Origin: Oculina patagonica
Taxonomy: Eukaryota
DNA length: 64,000 nucleotides
NCBI RefSeq assembly: GCF_052425735.1
Contig: NC_135762.1
Location: 25,110,001 to 25,174,000 of the forward strand
Reading direction: 5' to 3'
Made by a program: the position numbers and the translations under genes. How positions within the stretch are numbered: the first letter of the stretch is position 1; each line of letters begins with the position of its first letter. The notes beneath the pieces were generated by a model. That model saw only the letters and a list, made by a program, of their open reading frames with translations, ran no database searches and was not told the DNA's origin. This document shows positions 23,272 through 35,551 of the stretch, one piece after another.

Positions 23272-24873
23272 ACTCTGTAGGGCAAACATCTGGGAGGCAG
23301 AGGCACACGAGATTCCCCCATCCCCACCCTATATGTTTCCCCACTTATTCAGGGCGGAAGGGGTAGGCAATATTATAGGGGTGGTGTAGTGTTTTAGGAC
23401 TAGGACAAGTCACATGACCAGACGTGACACTTAGATTATGAAATCTATGAAATAGATTATAAAAGATCTGAAGTGAACATGTATGTAAGCCTTAAGCCAA
23501 CATGCAATAAAATAATACTATTAAACACTGACTGCATGCAATAAGATAATACTGTTCAAGGATATGTGTGACAAGGATTTAAACTGGAAAGATATCACTA
23601 TGGCTGGACTTGTTTTCTCCAGGATTCACCAGTTACAGCCACATACCAACCATTTATAGATCTGATGGCAAGAATGGTTCCCGGGGGGGTGGGAGGGTAC
23701 TCAAAAAAGTTTTGTATGGGGAGGCTCCGCCCTGAGCTCTTACCCCTTACCCTTTTACATACCATTTTGCCAGAAATTGTACCCCTTTCATATACTTATT
23801 AATGAAAAAAGGTACCCCTTTCATATACCTGAAAGTCATGGTATAGACTTAAAACATGAGGTTTTCTTGTCATTTTCAAGTAGTGCTTAATAAATTGAAA
23901 TAATACAGCCATAAATTGCATCTGTTCGAAATATTTTAATTAAAGGCCCTTTCAAAAACCTAAATGACAGATTTCTTTACCCTTTCGTATACCTAAACTT
24001 GTGAAATCCCTACCCTTTTTTATACCATGCCATAGAGAATACAGCCAATCAGAATACAGGAAAGCCGTTGTATATTCGAGGTATTCAACCCAACCCCCCC
24101 ATAGTGCGCTGCGACGAAGAGAGTATAAAATAGTTACACCACTTTCTCGGGAACATGAAAGGCCAGAGACAGTGACCGGGGAAGCACGGAAGGACACCGG
24201 GACGACCAGGAAGACGACGCAACAAGGGAAGCGACAGCCACAATGGTTTGAACAGCAAATTTGGCGAGTTTACGAAGACGAAATATTAGCGGGCCACAAA
24301 AACCAAAAAAATGCCAAAAAAAACACGCAAAACAAAAGGAAAGCGAAAAGTGAATAATAAGAGCGGGGAGAGGGGCGACACAGGCCAGCCGGCATCTGGT
24401 CACAGACGCCGAGCGCAAAGAGGAGACAGGGCGACAGCCCGCGACGAAGACGAGAGGGCCGACCCGACAACTGGTCACCCATGAAAGACGACAGAGGGAG
24501 GAGGAAAACCGAAGAAAACCTGGCCCCGATGAACAAGAAGGAACACCGCGCCAGAAATTTCTTTAGCTCGCGGGTCCTGAGTAGGGAAAATCTTTAAAAC
24601 ATTTCCTAAACAGGAACGGGGGATGATTTCATTGCGTTTTACTGACACACATGCTTAACGACGAAGGCCTGTCTCGTAAGTGATATTAAAATTTTGATAA
24701 AACACACCATCGATCATCTTCGTGTCCAGAAAAGACTGCATACTTTCGATGAATTCACAAGTTAAATTATCAATTGTTACGATTTTTGACAAACAATAAC
24801 AATTTTTTTCTGTGAGGTCGATACCCTAATCCAGCGGATTAACTGATGTGTCACGCAACACTTCTCCGCGATA

Positions 24874-25770
24874 ATGGAGCCAGAGCATTTCGCCCCAGAC
24901 GAAGTAGAGGAATATTTAGCTCGTATTCACTATACAGGACCCATAAAAGCAACTATCGAGGTCTTGTCCGAACTGCAGCGATGTCACATTTTATCAGTGC
25001 CTTTTGAAAATTTGAGCGTGTTTGGAAAGGAGAAAATAATTCTCTCCAAAGATTGGTTGTTCGACAAAATCGTGCGAAGGCATCGCGGTGGATTTTGCTT
25101 TGAGCTTAACACGATATTTTCTCTTCTACTCGATTATTTTGGATTTCAATACAAGAGACATGCTGGTATGGTGTTCAGTCGCAAAACAGGACGCATAGGA
25201 CCGCCCTGTGATCACATGGTTCTTGCAGTAAACATTGGGAACGAACTCTGGTTGAGTGACGTTGCATTTGGTGACTCGTGTCTGACACCTCTTCGTTTCA
25301 GCGGCTTACCAGATCCTCAAGAACAACAGAGTGGAATTTATCGATTACGTAAAGATGGAGACGAATTTTTTTACGAAGAGAAAATTAAAATCATTGTTGA
25401 TGAGCTTGGGCGGGAAGAAAGGGCGAAGGAAAAATTTACCACTGACCCTGAATGGGCCCCGAGGTACAAATTTGATCTCATTCCAAGAACCGTTGGCGAC
25501 TTCCACGAAAGGTTGCTCTATCACGAAAACGATGAAAGGTCACCATTTACCCATGATCGTATATGCACCATGGCAACGCCCTGGGGAAGAATAAGTCTTT
25601 CAGGAAGCAAAGTGATAACTTCAACATACCTGGGAGATAACAAAGTTAGAAAAGTAAACAAGGAACTTCTGGGTGGAGAGGAAGAGATAGTAAAGGAACT
25701 TGAACAGAACTTTGGAATTAGAAGAGAAGCTTGCTTGTATCCTGAGGGATCCTTTTTTTATCGGAATTAG
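24874..25770 (+). CDS. NAT: Arylamine N-acetyltransferase copy 3, 298 aa
   Basis: PFENL, RGGFCFELN, DHMVL, DVAFG. Confidence 0.92.
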   Translation: MEPEHFAPDEVEEYLARIHYTGPIKATIEVLSELQRCHILSVPFENLSVFGKEKIILSKDWLFDKIVRRHRGGFCFELNTIFSLLLDYFGFQYKRHAGMVFSRKTGRIGPPCDHMVLAVNIGNELWLSDVAFGDSCLTPLRFSGLPDPQEQQSGIYRLRKDGDEFFYEEKIKIIVDELGREERAKEKFTTDPEWAPRYKFDLIPRTVGDFHERLLYHENDERSPFTHDRICTMATPWGRISLSGSKVITSTYLGDNKVRKVNKELLGGEEEIVKELEQNFGIRREACLYPEGSFFYRN

Positions 25771-25939
25771 AGTGGAGCAAAGAAACTCTGTCAAATAGTC
25801 ACATAGTATTCCACTCCACCGCCCTTTTTGGTCACCACTTGTTGCAGGGGGTGGGGGGAGGGGATGAGGATAGGCAAAGTTATAGGTGTGGTGTAGTGTT
25901 TTAGGACTGGGACAAGTCATGTGATTTTGATATATAAAT

Positions 25940-26160
25940 CAGGGTGTAGACGAGGTGGTGCGATGGGTGCATCTGCGCCCACCAACCCACAAGCCAGAAA
26001 GGTTCACCTAATCAGGAAGTAAGGATAAAAATGACTCTCAGAATACAGGAAATGTGGACTTTATGAACTTGATTTCTTTTTAAGAATACCCCAGACTCTC
26101 CGAGATGCTCACGCCTCTGGCACTCACAGACACCCATTCAAGATCCTGCCTACAGCCCTG
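25940..26160. mobile_element. hAT5-like MITE
   Basis: CAGGGTGTAG / CTACAGCCCTG ends; near-duplicated 5-mer TAAAT/TAGAT. Confidence 0.45.
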
Positions 26161-26279
26161 TAGATATTTGACTATTCACTGAAGTGGAGGTGGCTAATGG
26201 TGGATATTTACCAAGAGCCAGGAGCAGCAAGGTGAATATCCACCACTGACACTGAGGTGAATAGTTGTTTTAGTATATA

Positions 26280-26543
26280 CTGTATTTTCTTGATTAAACG
26301 CCCCCGGCGTTTATTTCAAACTTAGCCTGGTAAACACGGCGTTTATTTGACTCTTGCAGTTTATTTGATCCCTTTGTTGATTAAGCTAGGGTTTTTATTC
26401 ATTATTTTTGACAAACATGTATCCGGCTGATATACGTACAGCTTATAATTCCTCAAAAATATGCCTGAGGGGTCTATTTTCAACTCCACTTTGGAGACCC
26501 GGCGTTTATTTTGGTACACGGCGTTTAATCAAGAAAATACAGT
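26280..26543. mobile_element. Tc1/mariner MITE
   Basis: TIRs CTGTATTTTCTTGATTAAACGCC / GGCGTTTAATCAAGAAAATACAG; related degenerate copy near 20495-20611. Confidence 0.7.
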
Positions 26544-26596
26544 GCTAAAACAGATAAATTAAAATAACCCAAAAAGGATGATTTCTAACTCATTTA

Positions 26597-27003
26597 CCGT
26601 CGATTGCATCTACCTGTGAACGCACACGCTAAACACATGTTTTCACGTGACGTCAAACGTCAGCGTTTCAGGTGTCAAACTTTGAAGTTTAGCAGACCCT
26701 AACGGCGACTTTCGCACCGAAAGTTCAACACATTCCGGTTTTGAAATGGCGGAAAGATTAAATATAGAGACTTCTTCAGAGAAACTGATACTGATCTGTG
26801 TCAATATGCATACACAGGTTCACTTGAATCATTTCTAGTGTAAAGTTTCGCCCGTACTCAGTGTTTATGGTGAGTATTTTGAGTGCAAAAGTTCGCGTTA
26901 TGGTCTGCTAAACTTCAAAGTTTGACACCTGAAACGCTGACGTTTGACGTCATTTGAAAACATGTTTTTAGCGCGTGCGTTCACAGCTACATGCAATCGA
27001 CAG
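26597..27003. mobile_element. TA-target element with ~120-bp inverted repeats
   Basis: TA|CCGTCGATTGCAT...TTTGAAGTTTAGCAGACC mirrored by GGTCTGCTAAACTTCAAA...ATGCAATCGACAG|TA. Confidence 0.75.
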
Positions 27004-27039
27004 TATTCCAGTCAACGATTTTTGCGCCAGAGTTGCAGA

Positions 27040-27126
27040 AATTTAGAATTAGAAGAGAGAGAAGGCTGTTTCTACCCAGAGGGCCCTATGTTTCATGGAT
27101 TAGACTGGAGCAAAGAAACTCTGTAG
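27040..27126 (+). pseudogene. 3' fragment of a NAT gene plus homologous 3' flank
   Basis: Encodes ...REGCFYPEGPMFHGLDWSKETL*, matching the C-termini of copies 2, 4 and 5; the rest is replaced by transposons. Confidence 0.85.
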
Positions 27127-28317
27127 GGCAAACAGCTGTTTAATCCAGGAGGCACAGTCACATGGGATTCCAGTCCAACCCCATTTCATGATTTGTTCCC
27201 CCACCTGTTGGGGAAGAGGGAGGGAGGCAAAAAAAAAAATTATAGGTGTGGGAGGCAGGGGTGGGGTAAAACCATGGCACATTGGCACTTTGCTCTCACT
27301 GGTTTCTGTAGTCTGTATCAACTGTCAACCAGTATCCATATCAGGACTAGACTACAAGCAGACTCTGTCAGTTTTTGCTAAAAATTCCCCATAATGAATT
27401 CTCTCTTTGCTTAACATCCATTGAATGAATGCAAAAATAGTGATCGATCAACTGCAAAGTACAGGCAGCGAGCGGCAAAGCCAATTTTTTTTAGCAAAAA
27501 GATAGACTGCTCACAGTTTATATCAGCACTGGTATGTCATATTACAAAATGTAAAAATATAGCACTATATTACCAGTACCTTGTTCTCTTTTATTTTTAT
27601 TTTGGTAATTGCTCAACTCTCCCCCCCCCCCCCCTCCCCCCACAAAATAATAATAGCCCATTCTTTTAATTGATAAAGGAAACTTTTCCTGGTGTAGTTA
27701 CATGTATAAACAATGCCCCTCGTTAATCAATCAATCAATCCATTAGTGAATCAATCCATGCATTAATCAGTGAATATATCAATTAATCGATCAGTCTCTC
27801 TACAACAGGAGCCTAAATCAATTTACTTGTTATTTTCTGATATATCTCCTGAGAAACGAATTTCCTATTTAGTGTCATTGAAGTGTTTTGTATGAACGAT
27901 GGCTGGTTAGGGCCATGCTAAAATAAAAACAATATGTTTACAGTTACAAATTCATTAAAACTATAGAACTGAAAATTATGTTATTGACGATTGTAACTTT
28001 TAATATACAATGAATTAATATTTATGAATATTAACACTGAGGATCTGGATAAGACACATCCGATATCTTGAGAATTAGTCAAAATTTTGACTGTCAGCTG
28101 AGAAAATCTTGAAAATCAAGATCAAAATTTACTGATAAATGGAGAACCTGGTGGGGTATTCTCCAAAAATTTGGGTGGAGGCGTGCAGCACATTCCTTCC
28201 GTATTTCAGAAAATCCTGAAATCCCAAAATCTAAAATCTATTTCGGCCCAGATCCTGCCTATAAAATGACGAAAAAATTCGATTGATTTCCTATAACGAT
28301 TTCTCGTTGACTAATTA

Positions 28318-28599
28318 GGCCCCATTTACATGGAAAGAGGATGATCCAGCACAGGATCATCCTCCCGAAAAAATGATCCAGTGAGGATCACAGACAGGAT
28401 CATCCGAGCGCCAATGTCACCTCAGTAATGTGAAGAATTGATTGCCCAGCGCAGGACACCAGTGCAGGACCATCCACGATGAGGGATGATCCAGCAGGAC
28501 ACGGCGACAACCCCACAAGGGCGATAGTGGATGATCCACACTGGATTTCTGAAAGGAGGAGATCCAGTGCAGGATCATCCCTTCCATGTAAATGGGGCC
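28318..28599. mobile_element. PIF/Harbinger-like MITE upstream of NAT copy 4
   Basis: TIRs GGCCCCATTTACATGGAA / TTCCATGTAAATGGGGCC; internal GGATGATCC/GGATCATCC repeats. Confidence 0.75.
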
Positions 28600-28722
28600 T
28601 AAAACCGACCGTCCAAACTCATCGTCTCGATCCCAGAGCCCGCGTTAACCTTACCCAGCGGATATGCGTGATGTGTCACGCAACGCTGCGAACCCCCCCC
28701 TCTGTGATCTCTCTCCGCGATT

Positions 28723-29640
28723 ATGGCGCCGGAGCATCTCACCCCAGACGAAGTAGAGGAATATTTAGCTCGTATTCACTATACAGGACCCATAGAACCA
28801 ACGACTGAGACGTTAACGGAACTGCAGCGATGCCATATGTTATCAGTGCCATTTGAAAACTTGAGCGTGTTTGGAAAGGAAAAAATAATTCTCTCCAAAG
28901 ATTGGTTGTTCGACAAAATCGTGCGAAGACATCGCGGCGGATTTTGCTATGAGCTTAACACGATCTTTTCTCTTCTCCTCGATTATTTCGGATTTAAACA
29001 CAAGAAACATGGGGCTATAGTGTTCAGCCACAAATCAGGACGCATATCACCGCCCTGTTATCATGAGATTCTTGCGACAAACATCGGGAACGAACTCTGG
29101 TTGAGCGATCTTGGGTTTGGTGACTCGTGTCTGACACCTCTTCGTTTCAGCGGCTTGCCGGTTCCTCAAGAACAACAGAGTGGAATTTATCGATTGCGTA
29201 AAGATGGAGACGAATTTTTCTACGAAGAGAAAATTAAAATCATTGTTGATGAGCTTGGGCGGGAAGAAAGGGTGAAGGAAAAATTTACCACCGACTCTGA
29301 ATGGGCTCCGAGGTACAAATTTGATCTCATTCCAAGAACCGTTGAGGACTTTTACGATAAGTTACACTTTCACGAAACAGATCCGAAGTCACCATTTACC
29401 CACGATCGTATATGCACCATGGCAACGCCCTCGGGAAGAATAACTCTTACAGGAAGCAAAGTGGTAACTTCAACATATCTGGGAGATAACAAAGCCAGGA
29501 AGGAAACCAAGGAACTTCTGGGTGGAGAGGAAGAGATAGTGAAGGAACTTGAACAGATCTTTGGAATTAGGAGAGAATCCTGTTTCTACCCAGAGGGCTC
29601 TTTGTTTTACGGATTAGACCGGAGCAAAGAAACTCTGTAG
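28723..29640 (+). CDS. NAT: Arylamine N-acetyltransferase copy 4, 305 aa
   Basis: PFENL, RGGFCYELN, YHEIL, DLGFG. Confidence 0.92.
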   Translation: MAPEHLTPDEVEEYLARIHYTGPIEPTTETLTELQRCHMLSVPFENLSVFGKEKIILSKDWLFDKIVRRHRGGFCYELNTIFSLLLDYFGFKHKKHGAIVFSHKSGRISPPCYHEILATNIGNELWLSDLGFGDSCLTPLRFSGLPVPQEQQSGIYRLRKDGDEFFYEEKIKIIVDELGREERVKEKFTTDSEWAPRYKFDLIPRTVEDFYDKLHFHETDPKSPFTHDRICTMATPSGRITLTGSKVVTSTYLGDNKARKETKELLGGEEEIVKELEQIFGIRRESCFYPEGSLFYGLDRSKETL

Positions 29641-29878
29641 ACTCTGTAGGGCAAACATCTGAGAAGCAGAGGCACATGGGATTTCCCACTCCCCACCCTA
29701 TTTGGTCCCCATTTATTCAGGGTGGGCGGGTAGGCAATATTATAGGGGTGGTGTAGTGTTTTAGGACTAGGAGAAGTCACATAGCCGGATGTAACACTTA
29801 AAAATAGATTATAAAACACCTGAAGTGATCATGTATGTAAGCCTTAAGCCAAGCATACAATAAAATAATACTATTGAA

Positions 29879-30255
29879 CAGGGTCCCCTATACTTTTTAC
29901 GTGAAGCGTGATTGAGGCTATTTTTTGCCGTGAAACGTGATTTTGGCTTTTTTTTTTCGTGATTCGTGATTCACAATTAGACGTGAATCGTGAATCATCT
30001 TCTTTTTCGTGACTTTATTTCGGATTTTTTAGGTAGTTCTAGTAAACGTACGACTTTGTTTTAGCTCTGTCGATGGGTTTTAAACAAATGCAACTTTTTC
30101 GGCTATTTTGCTGCGTGCGTGATCTTGACAGACACAATATCCGGACTTACACCTTTAATACGAGTAAACAGGGATCGCCATGATATTTGCGTGAGAGTGA
30201 AAACATTTTTAGAATTATTCGTGACGCGTGAAAAGCCAAGGTATAGGGGACCCTG
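29879..30255. mobile_element. hAT6-like MITE
   Basis: ATTGAA|CAGGGTCCCCTATAC ... GTATAGGGGACCCTG|ATTGAA; the paralogous flank of copy 2 (~23515-23545) is an empty site. Confidence 0.8.
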
Positions 30256-30910
30256 ATTGAACACTGCATGCAATAAGATAATACTGTTCAAGGATATGTG
30301 TGACAAGGATTTAAAATAGAAAGATACCACTATTGCTGGACTTGATTTCTCCAGGATTCACCAGTTACAGGCAACCAACCAGGCTTCACTTGCGATTAGA
30401 TCAGATGGCAAGAATGGTTGAAACGCTTCAATTGTTGCATGGTAGGAGGCGAAATATTAAAGAGCCAAAACCCACAAACAAGCACTTCTTCTTTAGCTCG
30501 CGGGTCCTGAGTAGGGAAAATCTTTGAAACATCTCCTGAACAAAAACAGGAACGGGGGATGATTTCATTGCGTTTTTTTTAATACTGACACACATGCTTT
30601 ACGACGAACGCCTGTCTCGTATAATACGTACTGATAAAACACACCATCTTCGTTCAGTCCAGAAAAGACTGCATAATTTCTATGATTCACGACAAGTTGA
30701 ATTACTGATTGTTATCGATTTTTGAAAATCAATAACAATTTTTTATGTGAGGTCGATTGTTATCGATTGCCGATATTACTCGACATCAATCGGTGACTAC
30801 AGTCAAAGTTGACTATTAATCTATTAAGACACACCGTCTTGATCCCAGAGCCCGCGTTACCTTTATTCAGCGGATTAGCGTGATGTGTCACGCAACTCTT
30901 CTCCGCGATT

Positions 30911-31828
30911 ATGGCGTCGGAGCATTTTACCCCAGACGAAGTAGAGGAATATTTAGCTCGTATTCACTATACAGGACCCATAGAACCAACTATCGAGGCG
31001 TTAACAAAACTGCAGCGATGCCATATGTTATCAGTGCCATTTGAAAACTTGAGCGTGTTTGGAAAGGAAAAAATAATTCTCTCCAAAGATTGGTTGTTCG
31101 ACAAAATCGTGCGAAGACAACGCGGCGGATTTTGCTATGAGCTTAACACGATCTTTTCTCTTCTCCTCGATTATTTCGGATTTAAACACAAGAAACATGG
31201 GGCTATAGTGTTCAGCCACAAATCAGGACGCATATCACCGCCCTGTAATCATAAGATTCTTGCGACAAACATCGGGAACGAACTCTGGTTGAGCGATCTT
31301 GGGTTTGGTGACTCGTGTCTGACACCTCTTCGTTTCAGCGGCTTGCCGGTTCCTCAAGAACAACAAAGTGGAATTTATCGATTGCGTAAAGATGGAGACG
31401 AATTTTTCTACGAAGAGAAAATTAAAATCATTGTTGATGAGCTTGGGCGGGAAGAAAGGGCGAAGGAAAAATTTACCACTGACCCTGAATGGGCCCCGAG
31501 GTACAAATTCGATCTCATTCCAAGAACCATTGAGGACTTTTACGATAAGTTACACTTTCACGAAACAGATCCGAAGTCACCATTTACCCACGATCGTATA
31601 TGCACCATGGCAACGCCCTCGGGAAGAATAACTCTTACAGGAAGCAAAGTGGTAACTTCAACATATCTGGGAGATAACAAAGTCAGGAAAGAAAGCAAGC
31701 AAATTCTCGGTGGAGAGGAAGAGATAGTGAAGGAACTTGAACAGAAATTTGGAATTAGAAAAGAAGCCTGTTTCTACCCAGAGGGCTCTTTGTTTCACGG
31801 GTTAGATTGGAGCAAAGAAACTCTGTAG
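30911..31828 (+). CDS. NAT: Arylamine N-acetyltransferase copy 5, 305 aa
   Basis: PFENL, RGGFCYELN, NHKIL, DLGFG; 20 aa differences from copy 4. Confidence 0.92.
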   Translation: MASEHFTPDEVEEYLARIHYTGPIEPTIEALTKLQRCHMLSVPFENLSVFGKEKIILSKDWLFDKIVRRQRGGFCYELNTIFSLLLDYFGFKHKKHGAIVFSHKSGRISPPCNHKILATNIGNELWLSDLGFGDSCLTPLRFSGLPVPQEQQSGIYRLRKDGDEFFYEEKIKIIVDELGREERAKEKFTTDPEWAPRYKFDLIPRTIEDFYDKLHFHETDPKSPFTHDRICTMATPSGRITLTGSKVVTSTYLGDNKVRKESKQILGGEEEIVKELEQKFGIRKEACFYPEGSLFHGLDWSKETL

Positions 31829-32243
31829 GGCAAACACAGTCAAAACTGTTATTAAATTTACACCAAGGGTGGGGGGGGGGGGGGTGAACTCCCATATGAA
31901 ATGGGTGGGGATGCTCATCATGTTGCTTAGGGGTGTAAATTTCGGATTTTTGTCTCGCTTAGGGTGTTCCGGGCAGAACGTCAATATTTTTTAGCCCTCA
32001 AGGTCTCGTTTAGGGTTGCACGTGAAGAAATATACACATATTAATAATATTTTTAGTGTTTTGGTATCATTTAGGGGTCCCTTTCATATTGGAGCGCCCC
32101 AAGGGATTTACACCTTCACTGTACGTACACTTATAATTGTGAATTTACACTTACAACTGTGAATTTAGACACTTCTATTAAACTGTAAATTTTCATTGTA
32201 CCTGTAAAGTTGCACTTATAACTCTTAATTAACACTGGTCTTA

Positions 32244-32401
32244 CAGTGGCAGATCCAGACCCTGAACTAAGAGAGGGTGGAGGGGGTGGGAGGGCTTTTG
32301 TGTGTGTGTGGGGGGGGGGGGCGGAAGTCATTAAATAGAAATGTCTTTTGCCAAAAATAAGGAGTGGGGGGCCCGTGTCCCCAACCCTAGATCCGCCACT
32401 G
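32244..32401. mobile_element. hAT5-like MITE
   Basis: TCTTA|CAGTGGCAGATCC ... GATCCGCCACTG|TCTTA. Confidence 0.7.
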
Positions 32402-33799
32402 TCTTATGATTGGTTTTAACACGAAGGGTAAAATAGTCACATGCGTTTTGTTCACGCAGCTTTGTCAGGAGCCTATTTCCCTTCATATAACGAATCACTT
32501 GCAGTTTTTAGACCGTTTCACGAATCACGTATGGTAATGGAATATACATTATTGAAGAAAATGAACTTAAACCCATAATGGTCAATAATAGTCGTCCCTT
32601 GATTATTCACTCGCCCCATTAGACTTGCTTACAAGTCGAGCTCACAGAGTGCGAAGCTCGAGAGCGAGTCTACTATCACCAAACCGGGAACAAAAAGCGA
32701 ACGACTTTTAGAAAGTCTATCGCCCCATGGAATATCCACCCTCTCATTTTGGAGATGCTTCTGAAGACCCATGTTTAGACCTCACAAATCATGGTTATGT
32801 TTTTATCGACGCTTATAACAATTCCGTTACGATGACATGTATTTTTCCCTTGATCAACAAAACTGGCTTCGTTTAACTTCAAAGCAGATTCTAAACGACA
32901 TTGCAACTTACGTTGCATATCCTTTGACGTCCCTTTAGTTCAACGGTATATTTGTATCAACTGTTGAAAAAACGGCCACATTTACAGCAGGAAGCCCAAA
33001 ATAAGTCCCATGGCTGTCATTTAAAGGGTCTATGTCACGGATTTTAACAGATTTTTGAACAGCCAAAATTTATATTTGTGTCGTAGGAAACTTAAAAATA
33101 ATGATCCATTTTTATTTCCAATTGCTATTTTAGAGCACTAAAACTGTTTAAAAGCGTGTTTGGCTGCAGATAGCTCCTACAGAAATGTATTACAATTTTA
33201 ATCAAATGGTATACTCGTGAAATTAGGAAATAATTTCACTTGCATTTTGTCAAAATTCTAATAATTTCCCGAGCCGTGAAATTATTTTCTAATTTCACTC
33301 GTCACCATTTGATTACCCATACTAACTAAATCAAATTATAAGCCATTCTTGGTGGCCTACTTACAGAACCTATTTTTGCGTCTGAGATTAATTTGGTTGG
33401 AGGGGGCGCTTATTTCAGTGCAGGGGCGGGGAGGGGGTTCGGCATTTTAAGGTAGTCACAATAATACCGATGAGTACTTTGCTGTTTTACATTTCACGTG
33501 TGACTGGTTACAACATTTAATCGAGATCCTTCCATAACCTTCATTTGTCGTTTCATTGCTTTCATGGGAACCCCCATTGAAGCCCAAGATGTTTTGGCTT
33601 AAATTGCAAACCCAAGTCTGCGTGAATCTTTTTTTTTTCTTTGCGTGACTTTTCACTATCATGGTCACTCACGTTCGTGGTTCATTGTGTCGCAGTACAA
33701 TAGTTTCTGTCAGTTTATTTCAATGATATGCAAAATATGTAGACATTTTTTGTAAATAAACTAGCGTAAATCCTGCATGGTAAATCATTTGCGCCAAAA

Positions 33800-34000
33800 A
33801 TGGAACGAGATCAGCTTACCCCAGACGAAGTAAAGGAATATTTAGCTCGTATTCACTACACAGGGCCCATAGAACCAACTATCGAGGCGTTAACAGAACT
33901 GCAGCGATGTCATATGTTATCAGTGCCATTTGAAAACTTGAGCGTGTTTGGAAAGGAGAAAATAATTCTCTCCAAAGATTGGCTGTTCGAGTGTGTGTGA
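33800..34000 (+). pseudogene. Truncated NAT copy 6 (N-terminal ~63 aa only, lacks catalytic triad)
   Basis: MERDQLTPDEV...PFENL...KDWLF, then homology ends before RGGFC. Confidence 0.85.
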
Positions 34001-34644
34001 GTGAAAACCATTTTTAGTGCGACTACTCCAAACAAAGCCACCTGACAAACTCTGTGCCGTGAAGCAGGGAATGGGGGATTTCCCACAAATTTTAGATCTA
34101 TACCAGCTGCGCGTTACAGAAGCAATAAATTTGTGACCCATTTAATTGTTTTAACATGCAAACGCCATTGGCCATTTTTTATGAAGAATTTGCTTGGGTG
34201 GCCTTGGTTGGAGTAGTACAGTCACACTGTGATTTGGCAGATTTTGCAGCAAGAAAATCATTTATTGATTTACAATGTATCTTGCATAAAAATGTTATCT
34301 TATTTTTTAAATTTATATTTTGTATTAATATAGCCAATGCCTCACAGGCAAAACGATGTAACCTGATAAGTTAGCCTCCTTAATAAATACAATTTTTTTT
34401 TTCTAACTTACATACCGTGTAAATTGAACCCAGACCTCTGTGAGTCCAACACACTTGTCTCTTAGGCAGTCTGGGAACAAATCAAACTTAATTGAATATC
34501 AGTCAACCATAATAAAAAAATTAATGGTTCTGTCAAACAGAAAGGAACCTCAAAAGCTGCTAAAGAATAAAATGTAGGGTTGGCAAGTACAAGATTGTTC
34601 AGTTTTTTTTAAAAAAAAAATATTGTGATGCCACTCCAAGTGCA

Positions 34645-34954
34645 TCACAGTGTGTTGGGAGGCGCGGTGGCCTAATGGTTAGCGCGTTCGCCTCCAAGTC
34701 GAACGGCCCGGGTTCGAGGCCTGGCCAGGGCGCTGCGTTGTGTTCTTGGGCAAGACACTTTACTCTCACAGTGCCTCTCTCCACCCAGGTGTATAAATGG
34801 GTACCGGCGAATTTACTGCTGGGGGGTAACCCTGCGATGGACTAGCATCCCATCCAGGGGGGAGTAGCAATACTCCTAGTCGCTTAATGCTACGGAAACC
34901 GGGATAAGCTCAGGCCTGTATGGGCCACTAGGCTCGAAGCAGACTTTACCTTTT
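34645..34954 (+). mobile_element. tRNA-derived SINE (young, full-length)
   Basis: A box GGTGGCCTAATGG, B box GGTTCGAGGCC, central TGTGTTCTTGGGCAAGACACTT domain, CTTTACCTTTT tail; 12-bp target duplication ACTCCAAGTGCA. Confidence 0.85.
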
Positions 34955-34964
34955 ACTCCAAGTG

Positions 34965-35551
34965 CAGGCTCGATTACCAGCCGTTGTTCAGGAAATGTGT
35001 CCGTGCTCCTCGAGACTAGGCTTTTGTACATTATGCTTTTGTTTCCCCACTAAAATGCTCCACCTTCCTTAATGCTCCATTTTCCCACTAAAATGCTCGG
35101 TCTCCCCCAAAAAAGTCACTAAAATGCTCGGATAATGCTCATTATACAAACGTTTTTCTTAACTTAATTTCAAAGTTTTTAACATGGTGTTAACTGTTAA
35201 CATTAACAAAAACGTACAAGTGTTTCAAGTAACAATAACAACGTATACAAGTTCATAAATACAGCCAAAAAAACATAATCCTCGAAATCATCTAAGAGAC
35301 AAGTACAGAAAGTAGTTGACTATCTCCAGAAAGTTATTTTTAGCTGAAATTTGAGTTTTAGTCTTGATTTTTCTCTAAAAAATTAATTTCTTTTTTATTT
35401 TCTTTGGAAAAAAATCAATTTTCCGGGAAAATGCCACTAAAATGCTCGAATAATGCTCAATGCTTTTGCCTCACTAAAATGCTCGAAAAAATGCTAGCAT
35501 CATGTACAAAAGCCTACTCGAGACTCGAGACAGCAGGGGAAATCGAGCCTA
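34965..35551. mobile_element. Short Academ-like element carrying a nested hAT
   Basis: CAGGCTCGATT / AATCGAGCCTA ends; 9-bp duplication CTCCAAGTG / CTCCTAGTG. Confidence 0.55.
35017..35516. mobile_element. Non-autonomous hAT element
   Basis: CTCGAGAC|TAGGCTTTTGTACA ... TGTACAAAAGCCTA|CTCGAGAC (8-bp TSD); CACTAAAATGCTC subterminal repeats. Confidence 0.85.

Noticed and set aside
24001-24536. Several overlapping ORFs of 81-118 aa
   Set aside because: Products of a T-depleted tract that lacks stop codons; no recognisable protein
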